64,000 bases of DNA from Phyllobates terribilis (lineage: Eukaryota), in assembly GCF_046119375.1 (NCBI RefSeq), contig NW_027362764.1, forward strand, positions 799,180,001 through 799,244,000. The letters run 5' to 3'. The notes below the pieces were generated by a model. The model saw only the letters and a program-made list of their open reading frames with translations, ran no database searches and was not told the origin of the DNA. The translations under genes were made by a program, and so were the position numbers. Below are positions 38,201-53,200 of the stretch, in pieces. Each line of letters opens with the position of its first letter. Position 1 is the first letter of the stretch.

Positions 38201-41200
38201 ATATGATCAGTGTCACCACCTTGTTCCTGCAGAGCTGTATGATCAGTGCCAAAACCTTGTCCCTGGAGAGCTGTTTGATCAGTGCCACCACCTTGTCCCC
38301 GCAGAGCTACATGATCACTGTCACCACCTTGTCCCTGCAGAGCTGTATGATCAGTGCCACCACCTTGTTGCTGGAGAGCTGTATGATCAGTGCCACCACC
38401 TTGTCCCCACAGAGCTATATAATCAGTGCCACCACCTTGTCCTTGCAGACCTGTTTGATCAGTGCCCCCACCTTGTCTCTTTAGAGCTGTATGATCAGTG
38501 TCACCACCTTGTCCCTGCAGAGCTGTATGATCAGTGCCAAAACCTTGTCCCTGGAGAGCTGTTTGATCAGTGCCACCACCTTGTCCTCGCAGAGCTACAT
38601 GATCAGTGTCAGCACCTTATCCCAGCAGAGCTGTATGATCAGTGCCACCACCTTGTTCCTGGAGAGCTGTTTGATCAGTGCCAACACCTTGTCCCCGCAG
38701 AGCTATATAATCAGTGCCACCACCTTGTCCCTGCAGAGCTATATAATCAGTGCCCCCACCTTGTCTCTGCAGAGCTGTATGATCAGTGTCACAACCTTAT
38801 CCCTGCAGAACTGTATGATCATTGTCACCACCTTTTCTCAGCAGAGCTGTATGATCAGTGTCAACACCTTGTCCCTGCAGAGCTGTATGATCAGTGCCAC
38901 CACCTTCTCCCCTTAGAGCTGCATGATCACAGCCACCACCTCCTCCCTGCAGAGGTGTATGATCAGTGCCACCACCTTGTCCCTGCAGCGCTGTATGATC
39001 AGTGCCACCACCTTGTCCCCTCAGAGCTGTATGATCAGTGCCACCACCTTGTCCCCTCAGAGCTGTATGATCAGTGCCACCACCTTGTCCCCTCAGATCT
39101 GTATGATCAGTGCCACCACCTTGTCCCCGCGGATTTGTATGATCAGTGTCACCACCTTGTCCCTGCAGAGCTGTAAAATCAGTGTCACCACCTTATCCCT
39201 GCAGAGCTGTATGATCAGTGCCACCTCCTTGTCCTTGCAGAGCTGTATAATCAGTGCCACCACCTTGTACTTTCAGAGCTGTATAATCAGTGCCACCACC
39301 TTGTCCCTCCAGAGCTGTATGATCAGTGCCACCACCATGTCCCTGCAGAGCTGTATGATCAGTGCCACCACCTTGTCCCTGCAGTGCTGTATGATCAGTG
39401 CCACCACCTTGTCCCAGCAGAGCTGTATGATCAGTGCCACCACCTCGTCCCTGCAGAGCTGTATGATCAGTGCCATCACCTTGTCCCCGCAGAGCTGTAT
39501 GATCAGTGCCACCATCGCGTCCCTGCAGAGCTGTATGATCAGTGCCACCACCTTGTCCCTGCAGAGTTGTATGATCAGTGCCACAACCTTGTCCCTGCAG
39601 AGCTGTATGATCAGTGCCACCACCTTGTCCCTGCAGAGATGTATAATCAGTGCCACCACGTTGTCTCTGCAGAGCTGTATGATCAGTGCCACCACCTTGA
39701 TCCTGGAGAGCTGTTTGATCAATGCCAACACCTGTCCCCGCAGAGCTATATGATCAGTTTCACCACCTTGTCCCTGCAGAGCTGTATGATCAGTGCCACC
39801 ACCTTGTCCCTGGAGGGCTGTTGATCAGTGCCAACACCTTGTCCCCGCAGAGCTATATGATCAGTGTCACCACCTTGTCCCTGCAGAGCTGTGTGATCAG
39901 TGCCACCACCATGTCCCTGGAGAGCTGTTTGATCAGTGCCACCACCTTGTCCCCGCATAGCTATATGATCAGTGCCACAACCTTGTCCCTGCAGAGCTGT
40001 ATGATCAGTGCCCTCACCTTGTCTCTGCAGAGCTGTATGATCAGTGTCACAACCTTGTCCCTGCAGAGCTGTATGATCAGTGTCATCATCCTTGTCCCTG
40101 CAGAGCTGTATGATCAGTGTCACCACCTTGTCCCTGCAGAGCTGTATGATCAGTGCCACCACCTTGTCCCCTCAGAGCTGTATGATCAGTGCCACCACCT
40201 TGTCCCCTCAGAGCTGTATGATCAGTGACAGCACCTTGTCCCCTCAGAGCTGTATGATCAGTGCCACCACCTTGTCCCCGCGGAGTTGCATGATCAGTGC
40301 CACCACCTTGTCCCTGCAGAGCTGTAAAATCAGTGTCACCACCTTATCCCTGCAGAGCTGTATGATCAGTGCCACCGCCTTGTACTTGCAGAGCTGTATA
40401 ATCAGTGCCACCACCTTGTCCTTGCAGAGCTGTATAATCAGTGCCACCACCTTGTCCCTGCAGAGCTGTATGATCAGTGCCACCACCTTGTCCCTGCAGA
40501 GCTGTATGATCAGTGGCACCACCTTGTCCCTGCAGAGCTGTATGATCAGTGCCACCACCTTGTCCCCGCAGAGCTGTATGATCAGTGCCACCACCTCGTC
40601 CCTGAAGAGCTGTATGATCAGTGCCACCACCTTGTCCCTGGGGAGCTGTTTGATCAGTGCCACCACCTTGTCCCAGCAGAGCTATATTATCAGTGCCACC
40701 ACCTTGTCCCTCGAGAGCTGTTTGATCAGTGCCATCACCTTGTCCCTGGAGAGCTGTTTGATCAGTGCCACCACCTTGTCCCAGCAGAGCTATATTATCA
40801 GTGCCACCACCTTGTCCCTCGAGAGCTGTTTGATCAGTGCCATCACCTTGTCCCTGCAGAGCTGTATGATCAGTGCCACCACCTTGTCCCTGCAGAGCTG
40901 TATGATCAGTGCCACCACCTTGTCCCCTCAGAGCTGTATGATCAGTGCCACCACCTTGTCCCCTCAGAGCTGTATGATCAGTGCCACCACCTTGTCCCCT
41001 CAGAGCTGTATGATCAGTGCCACCACCTTGTCCCCGCGGAGTTGTATGATCAGTGTCACCACCTTGTCCCTGCAGAGCTGTAAAATCAGTGTCACCACCT
41101 TATCCCTGCAGAACTGTATGATCAGTGCCACCTCCTTGTCCTTGCAGAGCTGTATAATCAGTGCCACCACCTTGTCCTTTCAGAGCTGTATAATTAGTGC

Positions 41201-44200
41201 CACCAACTTGTCCCTGCAGAGCTGTATGATCAGTGCCACCACCTTGTCCCTGCAGAGCTGTATGATCAGTGCCACCACCTTGTCCCTGCAGAGCTGTATG
41301 ATCAGTGCCACCACCTTGTCCCCCCAGAGCTGTATGATCAGTGCCACCACCTCGTCCCTGCAGAGCTTTATGATCAGTGCCATCACCTTGTCCCCGCAGA
41401 GCTGTATGATCAGTGACACCACCTTGTCCCCTCAGAGCTGTATGATCAGTGTCACCACCTTGTCCCCGCGGAGTTGTATGATCAGTGTCACCAACTTGTC
41501 CCTGCAGAGCTGTAAAATCAGTGTCACCACCTTATCCCTGCAGAGCTGTATGATCAGTGCCACCGCCTTGTACTTGCAGAGCTGTATAATCAGTGCCACC
41601 ACCTTGTCCTTGCAGAGCTGTATAATCAGTGCTACCACCTTGTCCCTGCAGAGGTGTATGATCAGTGCCACCACCTTGTCCCTGCAGAGCTGTATGATCA
41701 GTGCCACCACCTTGTCCCTGCAGAGCTGTATGATCAGTGCCACCACCTTGTCCCCGCAGAGCTGTATGATCAGTGCCACCACCTCGTCCCTGCACAGCTG
41801 TATGATCAGTGCCACCACCTTGTCCCTGGAGAGCTGTTTGATCAGTGCCACCACCTTGTCCCAGCAGAGCTATATTATCAGTGCCACCACCTTGTCCCTG
41901 GAGAGCTGTTTGATCAGTGCCATCACCTTGTCCCTGGAGAGCTGTTTGATCAGTGCCACCACCTTGTCCCCGCATAGCTATATGATCAGTGAAACCACCT
42001 TGTTCCTGCAGAGCTGTATGATCAGTGCCCTCAACTTGTCTCTACAGAGCTGTATGATCAGTGTCACCACCTTGTCCCTTCAGAGCTGTATGATCAGTGT
42101 CATCATCCTTGTCCCTGGAGAGCTGTTTGATCAGGGCCACCACCTTGTCCCCACAGAGTTGTATGATCAGTGTCACCATCTTGTCCCTGCAGAGCTGTAT
42201 GATCAGTGCCACCACCTTGTCCCTGCAGAGCTGTATGATCAGTGCCACCACCTTGTCCCCCCAGAGCTGTATGATCAGTGCCACCACCTCGTCCCTGCAG
42301 AGCTGTATGATCAGTGCCATCACCTTGTCCCCGCAGAGCTGTATGATCAGTGACACCACCTTGTCCCCTCAGAGCTGTATGATCAGTGTCACCACCTTGT
42401 CCCCGCGGAGTTGTATGATCAGTGTCACCATCTTGTCCCTGCAGAGCTGTAAAATCAGTGTCACCACCTTATCCCTGCAGAGCTGTATGATCAGTGCCAC
42501 CGCCTTGCACTTGCAGAGCTGTATAATCAGTGCCACCACCTTGTCCTTGCAGAGCTGTATAATCAGTGCTACCACCTTGTCCCTGCAGAGGTGTATGATC
42601 AGTGCCACCACCTTGTCCCTGCAGAGCTGTATGATCAGTGCCACCACCTTGTCCCTGCAGAGCTGTATGATCAGTGCCACCACCTTGTCCCCACAGAGCT
42701 GTATGATCAGTGCCACCACCTCGTCCCTGCACAGCTGTATGATCAGTGCCACCACCTTGTCCCTGGAGAGCTGTTTGATCAGTGCCACCACCTTGTCCCA
42801 GCAGAGCTATATTATCAGTGCCACCACCTTGTCCCTGGAGAGCTGTTTGATCAGTGCCATCACCTTGTCCCTGGAGAGCTGTTTGATCAGTGCCACCACC
42901 TTGTCCCCGCATAGCTATATGATCAGTGAAACCATCTTGTTCCTGCAGAGCTGTATTATCAGTGCCCTCACCTTGTCTCTACAGAGCTGTATGATCAGTG
43001 TCACCACCTTGTCCCTTCAGAGCTGTATGATCAGTGTCATCATCCTTGTCCCTGGAGAGCTGTTTGATCAGTGCCACCACCTTGTCCCCACAGAGTTGTA
43101 TGATCAGTGTCACCATCTTGTCCCTGCAGAGCTGTATGATCAGTGTCTCCACCTTGTCCCTGCATAGCTGTATGATCAGTGCCACCACCTTGTCCCTGGA
43201 GAGCTGTTTGATCAGTGCCACCACCTTGTCCCCGCAGAGCTATATGATCAGTTTCACAACCTTGTCCCTGCAGAGCTGTATGATCAGTGCCAAAACCTTG
43301 TCCCTGCAGAGCTGTATGATCAGTGTCACCACCTTGTCCCTGCAGAGCTGTATGATCAGTGTCACAACCTTGTCCCTGGAGAGCTGTTTGATCAGTACCA
43401 CCACCTTGTCCCCACAGAGTTGTATGATCAGTGTCACCATCTTGTCCCTGCAGATCTGTATGATCAGTTTCTCCACCTTGTCCCTGCATAGCTGTATGAT
43501 CAGTGCCACCACCTTGTCTCTGCAGAGCTGTATGATCAGTCACCACCTTGTCTCTGCAGAGCTGTATGATCAGTGTCACAACCTTGTTCCTGGAGAGCTG
43601 TTTGATCAGTGCCACCAAATTGCCCCGCAGAGCTATATAATCAGTGCCACCACCTTGTACCTGCAGAGCTGTATGATCAGTGCCCCCACTTTGTCTTTGC
43701 AGAGCTGTATGATCAGTCACCACCTTGTCTCTGCAGAGCTGTATGATCAGTGTCACAACCTTGTCCCTGCAGAGCTGTATGATCAGTGTCACCGTCTTGT
43801 CCCTGCAGAGCTGTATAATCAGTGCCACCACCTTGTTCGCTCAGAGCTGCATGATCACAGCCACCACCTCCTCCCTGCAGAGCTGTATGATCAGTGCCAC
43901 CACCTTGTCCATGCAGAGCTGTATGATCAGTGCCACCACCTTGTCCCCTCAGAGCTGTATGATCAGTGCCACCACCTTGTCCCTGGAGAGCGGTTTGATC
44001 AGTGCCACCACCTTGTCCGCACAGAGCTATATGATCAGTGTCACCACCTTGTCCCTGCAGAGCTGTTTGATCAGTGCCACCACCTTGTCTCTGGAGAGCT
44101 GTTTGATCAGTGCAACCACCTTCTCCCCGCATAGCTATATGATCAGTGCCACCATCTTGTCCCCGCAGAGCTATATAATCAGTGCCACCACCTTGTCCCT

Positions 44201-47200
44201 GCAGATCTGTATGATCAGTTCCCACACCTTGTCTTTGCAGAGCTGTATGATCAGTCACCACCTTGTCTCTGCAGAGCTGTATGATCAGTGTCACCACCTT
44301 TTCCCTGCAGAGCTGTATGATCAGTGTCACCACCTTGTCCCTGCAGAGCTGTATGATCAGTGCCACCACCTTGTCCCCCCGAGAGCTGTATGATCAGTGC
44401 CACCACCTCGTCCCTGCAGGGCTGTATGATCAGTGCCATCACCTTGTCCCCGCAGAGCTGTATGATCAGTGCCACCATCGCGTCCCTGCAGAGCTGTATG
44501 ATCAGTGCCACCACCTTGTCCCTGCAGAGCTGTATGATCAGTGCCACAACCTTGTCCCTGCAGAGCTGTATGATCAGTGCCACCACCTTGTACCTGCAGA
44601 GATGTATGATCAGTGCCACCACGTTGTCTCTGCAGAGCTGTATGATCAGTGCCACCACCTTGTTCCTGGAGAGCTGTTTGATCAATGCCAACACCTGTCC
44701 CCGCAGAGCTATATGATCAGTGTCACCACCTTGTCCCTGCAGAGCTGTATGATCAGTGCCACCACCTTGTCCCTGGAGGGCTGTTGATCAGTGCCACCAC
44801 CTTGTCCCCGCAGAGCTATATGATCAGTGTCACCACGTTGTCCCTGCAGAGCTGTGTGATCAGTGCCACCACCATGTCCCTGGAGAGCTGTTTGATCAGT
44901 GCCACCACCTTGTCCCCGCATAGCTATATGATCAGTGCAACAACCTTGTCCCTGCAGAGCTGTATGATCAGTGCCCTCACCTTGTCTCTGCAGAGCTGTA
45001 TGATCAGTGTCACAACCTTGTCCCTGCAGAGCTGTATAATCAGTGTCATCATCCTTGTCCCTGCAGAGCTGTATGATCAGTGTCACCACCTTGTCCCTGC
45101 AGAGCTGTATGATCAGTGCCACCACCTTGTCCCTGGAGAGCTGTTTGATCTGTGCCACCGCCTTGTCCCCGCATAGCTATATGATCAGTGCCACCACCTT
45201 GTCCCTGCAGAGCTGTATGATCAGTGCCCTCACCTTGTGTCTGCAGAGCTGTATGATCAGTGTCACCACCTTGTCCCTGCAGAGCTGTACGATCAGTGTC
45301 ATCATCCTTGTCCCTGTAGAGCTGTATGATCTGTGTCACCAACTTTTCCCTGCAGAGCTGTATGATCAGTGTCACCACCTTGTCCCTGCAGAGCTGTTTG
45401 ATCAGTGCCACCACCTTGTCCCCGCACAGCTACATGATCAGTGTCACCACATTGTCCCTGCAGAGCTGTATGATCAGTGTCACCACCTTGTCCCTGCAGA
45501 GCTGTATGATCAGTGCCACCACCTGGTCCCTGCAGTGCTGTATGATCAGTGCCACCACCTTGTCCCTGTAGAGCTGTATGATCAGTGCCAAAACCTTGTC
45601 CCTGGAGAGCTGTTTGATCAGTGCCACCACCTTGTCCTCGCAGAGCTAGCTACATGATCAGTGTCACCACCTTATCCCAGCAGAGCTGTTTGATCAGTGC
45701 CACCACCTTGTCCCCGCAGAGCTATATAATCAGTGCCACCACCTTGTCCCTGCAGAGCTGCATAATCAGTGCCCCCACCTTTTCTCTGCAGAGCTGTATG
45801 ATCAGTCACCACCTTGTCTCTGCAGAGCTGTATGATCAGTGTCACAACCTTGTCCCTGCAGAGCTGTATGATCATTGTCACCACCTGGTCTCTGCAGAGC
45901 TGTATAATCATTGTCACCACCTTGTCTCTGCAGAGCTGTATGATCAGTGCCACCACCTTCTCCCCTTAGAGCTGCATGATCACAGCCAACACCTCCTCCC
46001 TGCAGAGCTGCATGATCAGTGCCACCACCTTGTCCCTGCAGAGCTGTATGATCAGTGCCACCACCATGACCCATCAGAGCTGTATGATCAGTGCCACCAC
46101 CTTGTCCCCTCAGAGTTGTATGATCAGTGCCACCACCTTGTCCCATCAGAGCTGTATGATCAGTGCCACCACCTTGTCCCCGCGGAGTTGTATGATCAGT
46201 GCCACCACCTTGTCCCTGCAGAGCTGTAAAATCCGTGTCACCACCTTATCCCTGCAGAGCTGTATGATCAGTGCCACCGCCTTGTTCTTGCAGAGCTGTA
46301 TTATCAGTGCCACCACCTTGTCCTTTCAGAGCTGTATAATCAGTGCCACCACCTTGTCCCTGCAGAGCTGTATGATCACTGCCACCACCTTGTCCCTGCA
46401 GAGCTGCATGATCAGTGCCACCACCTTGTCCCTGCAGAACTTTATGATCAGTGCCACCACCTTGTCCCCGCAGAGCTGTATGATCAGTGCCACCACCTCG
46501 TCCCTGCAGAGTTGTATGATCAGTGCCATCACCTTGTCCCCGCAGAGCTGTATGATCAGTGCCACCATCGCGTCCCTGCAGAGCTGTATGATCAGTGCCA
46601 CCACCTTGTCCCTGCAGAGCTGTATGATCAGAGCCACCACCTTGTCCCTGCAGAGCTGTATGATCAGTGCCACCACCTTGTCCCTGCAGAGATGTATGAT
46701 CAGTGCCACCACGTTGTCCCTGCAGAGCTGTATGCTCAGTGCCACCACCTTGTCCCTGCAGAGCTGTAAAATCCGTGTCACCACCTTATCCCTGCAGAGC
46801 TGTATGATCAGTGCCACCGACTTGTCCTTGCAGAGCTGTATAATCAGTGCCACCACCTTGTCCTTTCAGAGCTGTATAATCAGTGCCACCACCTTGTCCC
46901 TGCAGAGCTGTATGATCAGTGCCACCACCTTGTCCCTGCAGAGCTGTATGATCAGTGCCACCACCTTGTCCCTGCAGAGCTCTATGATCAGTGCCACCAC
47001 CTTGTCCCCGCAGAACTGTATGATCAGTGCCACCACCTCGTCCCTGCAGAGCTGTATGATCAGTGCCATCACCTTGTCCCCTCAGAGCTGTATGATCAGT
47101 GCCACCATCGCGTCCCTGCAGAGCTGTATGATCAGTGCCACCACCTTGTCCCTGCAGAGCTGTATGATCAGTGCCACCACCTTGTCCCTGCAGAGCTGTA

Positions 47201-50200
47201 TGATCAGTGCCACCACCTTGTCCCTGCAGAGATGTATGATCAGTGCCACCACGTTGTCCCTGCAGAGCTGTATGCTCAGTGCCACCACCTTGTTCCTGGA
47301 GAGCTGTTTGATCAGTGCCAACACCTGTCCCCGCAGAGCTATATTATCAGTGTTACCACCTTGTCCCTGCAGAGCTGTATGATCAGTGCCACCACCTTGT
47401 CCCTGGAGGGCTGTTGATCAGTGCCACCACCTTGTCTCCACAGAGCTATATGATCAGTGTCACCACCTTGTCCCTGCAGAGCTGTATGATCAGTGCCACC
47501 ACCTTGTCCCTGGAGAGCTGTTTGATCAGTGCCACCACCTTGTCCCCGCATAGCTATATGATCAGTGCCACCACCTTGTCCCTGCAGAGCTGTATGTTCA
47601 GTGCCCTCACCTTGTCTCTGCAGAGCTGTATGATCAGTGTCACAACCTTGTCCCTGCAGAGCTGTATGATCAGTGTCATCATCCTTTTCCCTGCAGAGCT
47701 GTATGATCAGTGTCACCAACTTGTCCCTGCAGAGCTGTATGATCAGTGTCACCACCTTGTCCCTGCAGAGCTGTATGATCAGTGTCACAACCTTGTCCGT
47801 GGAGAGCTGTTTGATCAGTGCCACCACCTTGTCCCCGCAGAGCTATATGATCAGTGTCACCACCTTGTCCCTGCAGAGTTGTTTGATCAGTACCACCACC
47901 TTGTCCCCGCAGAGCTATATAATCCGTGCCACCACCTTGTCCCCGCAGAGCTGTATGATCAGTGCCCCCACCTTGTCTCTGCAGCGCTGTATGATCAGTG
48001 TCACCACCTTGTCCCTGCAGAGCTGTATGACCAGTGTCAACACCATATCTCTGCAGAGCTGTATGATCAGTGCCCTCACCTTGTCTCTGCAGAGCTGTAT
48101 GATCAGTGCCACCACCTTGTTCCCGCAGAGCTGTATGATCAGTGCCACCACCTTGTCCCTGGAGAGCTGTTTGATCAGTGCCAAGGCCTTGTCCCCGTAT
48201 AGCTATATGATCAGTGCCACCACCATGTCCCTTCATAGCTGTATGATCAGTACCCTCACCTTGTCTCTGCAGAGCTGTATGATCAGTTTCACCACCTTGT
48301 CCCTGCAGAACTGTACGATCAGTGTCATCATCCTTGTCCCTGCAGAGCTGTATGATCAGGGTCACCAACTTGTCCCTGCAGAGCTGTATGATCACCAGCT
48401 GTAGGATCACCACCTTGTCCCCGCACATGATCAGTGTCACCACATTGTCCCTGCAGAGCTGTATGATCAGTGTCACCACCTTGTCCCTGCAGAGCTGTAT
48501 GATCAGTGCCACCACCTTGTCCCTGCAGAGCTGTATGATCAGTGCCAAAACCTTGTCCCTGGAGAGCTTTTTGATCAGTGCCACCACCTTGTCCTCGCAG
48601 AGCTACATGATCAGTGTCACCACCTTATCCCAGCAGAGCTGTATGATCAGTGCCACCACCTTGTTCCTGGAGAGCTGTTTGATCAGTGCCACCACCTTGT
48701 CCCCGCAGAGCTATATAATCAGTGCCACCACCTTGTCCCTGCAGAGCTGTATAATCAGTGCCCCCACCTTGTCTCTGCAGAGCTGTATGATCAGTCACCA
48801 CCTTGTCTCTGCAGAGCTGTATGATCAGTGTCACAACATTGTCCCTGCAGAGCTGTATGATCATTGTCACCACCTTGTCTCTGCAGAGCTGTATGATCAG
48901 TGTCAACACCTTGTCCCTGCAGAGCTGTATGATCAGTACCACCACATTCTCCCCTTAGAGCTGCATGATCACAGCCAAAACCTCCTCCCTGCAGAGCTGT
49001 ATGATCAGTGCCACCACCTTCTCCCCTTAGAGCTGTATGATCAGTGCCACCACCTCCTCCCTCCAGAGCTGCATGATCAGTGTCACCACCTTGTCACTGC
49101 AGAGCTGTATGATCAGTGTCACCGCCTTGTCCTTGCAGAGCTGTATAATCAGTGCCACCACCTTGTCCTTTCAGAGCTGTATGATCAGTGCCACCTTCGT
49201 GTCCCTGCAGAGCTGTATGATCAGTGCCACCATCTTGTCCCTGCAGAGCTGTATGATCAGTGCCACAACCTTGTCCCTGCAGAGCTGTATGATCAGTGCC
49301 ACCACCTTGTCCCTGCAGAGATGTATGATCAGTGCCACCACGTTGTCCCTGCAGAGCTGTATGATCAGTGCCACCACCTTGTTCCTGGAGAGCTGTTTGA
49401 TCAGTGCCAACTCCTGTCCCCGCAGAGCTATATGATCAGTGTCACCACCTTGTCCCTGCAGAGCTGTATGATCAATGCCACCACCTTGTTACTGGAGGGT
49501 TGTTGATCAGTGACACCACCTTTTCCCCGCAGAGCTATATGATCAGTGTCACCACCTTGTCCCTGGAGAGCTGTTTGATCAGTGCCACCACCTTGTCCCC
49601 GCATAGCTATATGATCAGTGCCACCACCTTGTCCCTGAAGAGCTGTATGATCAGTGCCCTCACCTTGTCTCTGCAGAGCTGTATGATCAGTGTCATCATC
49701 CTTGTCCCAGCAGAGCTGTATGATCAGTGTCACCAACTTGTCTCTGCAGAGCTGTATGATCAGTGTCACCACCTTGTCCCTGCAGAGCTGTATGATCAGT
49801 GCCAAAACCTTGTCCCTGGAGAGCTGTTTGGTCAGTGCCACCACCTTGTCCCCGCCGAGCTATATGATCAGTGTCACCACCTTGTCCCTGCAGAGCTGTA
49901 TGATCAGTGCCACCACCTTGTCCCCGCAGAGCTATATAATCCATGCCACCACCTTGTCCCTGCAGAGCTGTATGATCAGTGCCACCACCTTGACCCTGGA
50001 GAGCTGTTTGATCAGTGCCCCCACCTAGTCTCCGCAGCGCTGTATGATCAGTGTCACCACCTTGTCTCTGCAGAGCTGTATGATCAGTGCCCTCACCTTG
50101 TCTCTGCAGAGCTGTATGATCAGTGCCACCACCTTGTCCCCGCAGAGCTACATGATCAGTGTCACCACCTTGTCCCTGCAGAACTGTATGATCAGTGCCA

Positions 50201-53200
50201 CCACCTTGTCCCTGGAGAGCTGTTTGATCAGTGCCACCGCCTTGTCCCCGCATAGCTATATGATCAGTGCCACCACCATGTCCCTGCAGAGCTGTATGAT
50301 CAGTGCCCTCACCTTGCCTCTGCAGAGCTGTATGATCAGTGTCACCACCTTGTCCCTGCAGAGCTGTACGATCAGTGTCATCATCCTTGTCCCTGCAGAG
50401 CTGTACGATCAGTGTCACCACCTTGTCCCTGCAGAGCTCTTTGATCAGTGCCACCACCATGTCCCCGCACAGCTACATGATCAGTGTCACCACATTGTCC
50501 CTGCAGAGCTGTATGATCAGTGTCACCACCTTGTCCCTGCAGAGCTGTATGATCAGTGTCACCACCTGGTCCCTGCAGAGCTGTATGATCAGTGCCACCA
50601 CCTTGTCCCTGCAGAGCTGTATGATCAGTGCCAAAACCTTGTCCCTGGAGAGCTGTTTGATCAGTGCCACCGCCTTGTCCTCGCAGAGCTACATGATCAG
50701 TGTCACCACCTTATCCCAGAAGAGCTGTATGATCAGTGCCACCACCTTGTTCCTGGAGAGCTGTTTGATCAATGCCTCCACCTTGTCCCCGCAGAGCTAT
50801 ATAATCAGTGCCACCAGCTTGTCCCTGCAGAGCTGTATAATCAGTGCCCCCACCTTGTCTCTGCAGAGCTGTATGATCAGTCACCACCTTGTCTCTGCAG
50901 AGCTGTATGATCAGTGTCACTACCTTGTCCCTGCAGAGCTTCATGATCATTGTCACCACCTTGTCTCTGCAGAGCTGTATGATCAGTGTCAACACCTTCT
51001 CCCTGCAGAGCTGTATGATCAGTGCCACCACCTTCTCCCCTTAGAGCTGAATGATCACAGCCACCACCTCCTCCCTACAGAGCTGTATGATCAGTGCCAC
51101 CATCTTGTCCCTCCAGAGCTGTATGATCAGTGCCACCACCTTGTCCCCTCAGAGCTGTATGATCAGTGACACCACCTTGTCCCCTCAGAGCTGTATGATC
51201 AGTGCCACCACCTTGTCTCCTCAGAGCTGTATGATCAGTGCCACCACCTTGTCTCCGTGGAGTTGTATAATCAGTGTCACCACCTTGTCCCTGCAGAGCT
51301 GTAAAATCAGTGTCACCACCTTATCCCTGCAGAGCTGTATGATCAGTGCCACTGCCTTGTCCTTGCAGAGCTGTATAATCAGTGCCACCACCTTGTCCTT
51401 TCAGAGCTGTAAAATCAGGGCCACCACCTTGTCCCTGCAGAGCTGCATGATCAGTGCCACCACCTTGTCCCTGCAGAGCTGTATGATCAGTGTTACCACC
51501 TTGTCCCTGCAGAGCTGTATGATCAGTGCCACCACCTCGTCCCTGCAGAGCTGTATGATCAGTGCCATCACCTTGTCCCCGCAGAGCTGTATGATAAGTG
51601 CCACCATCGCGTCCCTGCAGAGCTGTATGATCAGTGCCACCACCTTGTCCCCGCTGAGTTGTATGATCAGTGCCACAACCTTGTCCCTGCAGAGCTGTGT
51701 GATCAGTGCCACCACCTTGTCCCTGCAGAGATGTATGATCAGAGCCACCACGTTGTCCCTGCAGAGCTGTATGATCAGTGCCACCACCTTGTTCCTGGAG
51801 AGCTGTTTGATCAATGCCAACACCTGTCCCCGCAGAGCTATATGATCAGTGTCACCACCTTGTCCCTGGAGAGCTGTATGATCAGTGCCACCACCTTGTC
51901 CCTGGAGGGCTGTTGATCAGTGCCATCACCTTGTCCCCGCAGAGCTATATGATCAGTGTCACCACCTTGTCCCTGCAGAGCTGTATGATCAGTGCCACCA
52001 CCATGTCCCTGGAGAGCTGTTTGATCAGTGCCACCACCTTGTTCCCGCATAGCTATATGATCAGTGCCACCACCTTGTCCCTGCAGAGCTGTATGATCAG
52101 TGCCACCACCTTGTCCCTGGAGGGTTGTTGATCAGTGCCACCACCTTTTCCCCGCAGAGCTATATGATCAGTGTCACCACCTTGTCCCTGCAGAGCTGTA
52201 TGATCAGTGCCACCACCTTGTCCCTGGAGAGCTGTTTGATCAGTGCCACCACCTTGTCCCCGCATAGCTATATGATCAGTGCCACCACCTTGTCCCTGAA
52301 GAGCTGTATGATCAGTGCCCTCACCTTGTCTCTGCAGAGCTGTATGATCAGTGTCATCATCCTTGTCCCAGCAGAGCTGTATGATCAGTGTCACCAACTT
52401 GTCTCTGCAGAGCTGTATGATCAGTGTCACCACCTTGTCCCTGCAGAGCTGTATGATCAGTGCCAAAACCTTGTCCCTGGAGAGCTGTTTGGTCAGTGCC
52501 ACCACCTTGTCCCCGCAGAGCTATATGATCAGTGTCACCACCTTGTCCCTGCAGAGCTGTATGATCAGTGCCACCACCTTGTCCCCGCAGAGCTATATAA
52601 TCCATGCCACCACCTTGTCCCTGCAGAGCTGTATGATCAGTGCCACCACCTTGACCCTGGAGAGCTGTTTGATCAGTGCCCCCACCTAGTCTCCGCAGCG
52701 CTGTATGATCAGTGTCACCACCTTGTCTCTGCAGAGCTGTATGATCAGTGCCCTCACCTTGTCTCTGCAGAGCTGTATGATCAGTGCCACCACCTTGTCC
52801 CCGCAGAGCTACATGATCAGTGTCACCACCTTGTCCCTGCAGAACTGTATGATCAGTGCCACCACCTTGTCCCTGGAGAGCTGTTTGATCAGTGCCACCG
52901 CCTTGTCCCCGCATAGCTATATGATCAGTGCCACCACCATGTCCCTGCAGAGCTGTATGATCAGTGCCCTCACCTTGCCTCTGCAGAGCTGTATGATCAG
53001 TGTCACCACCTTGTCCCTGCAGAGCTGTACGATCAGTGTCATCATCCTTGTCCCTGCAGAGCTGTACGATCAGTGTCACCACCTTGTCCCTGCAGAGCTC
53101 TTTGATCAGTGCCACCACCATGTCCCCGCACAGCTACATGATCAGTGTCACCACATTGTCCCTGCAGAGCTGTATGATCAGTGTCACCACCTTGTCCCTG

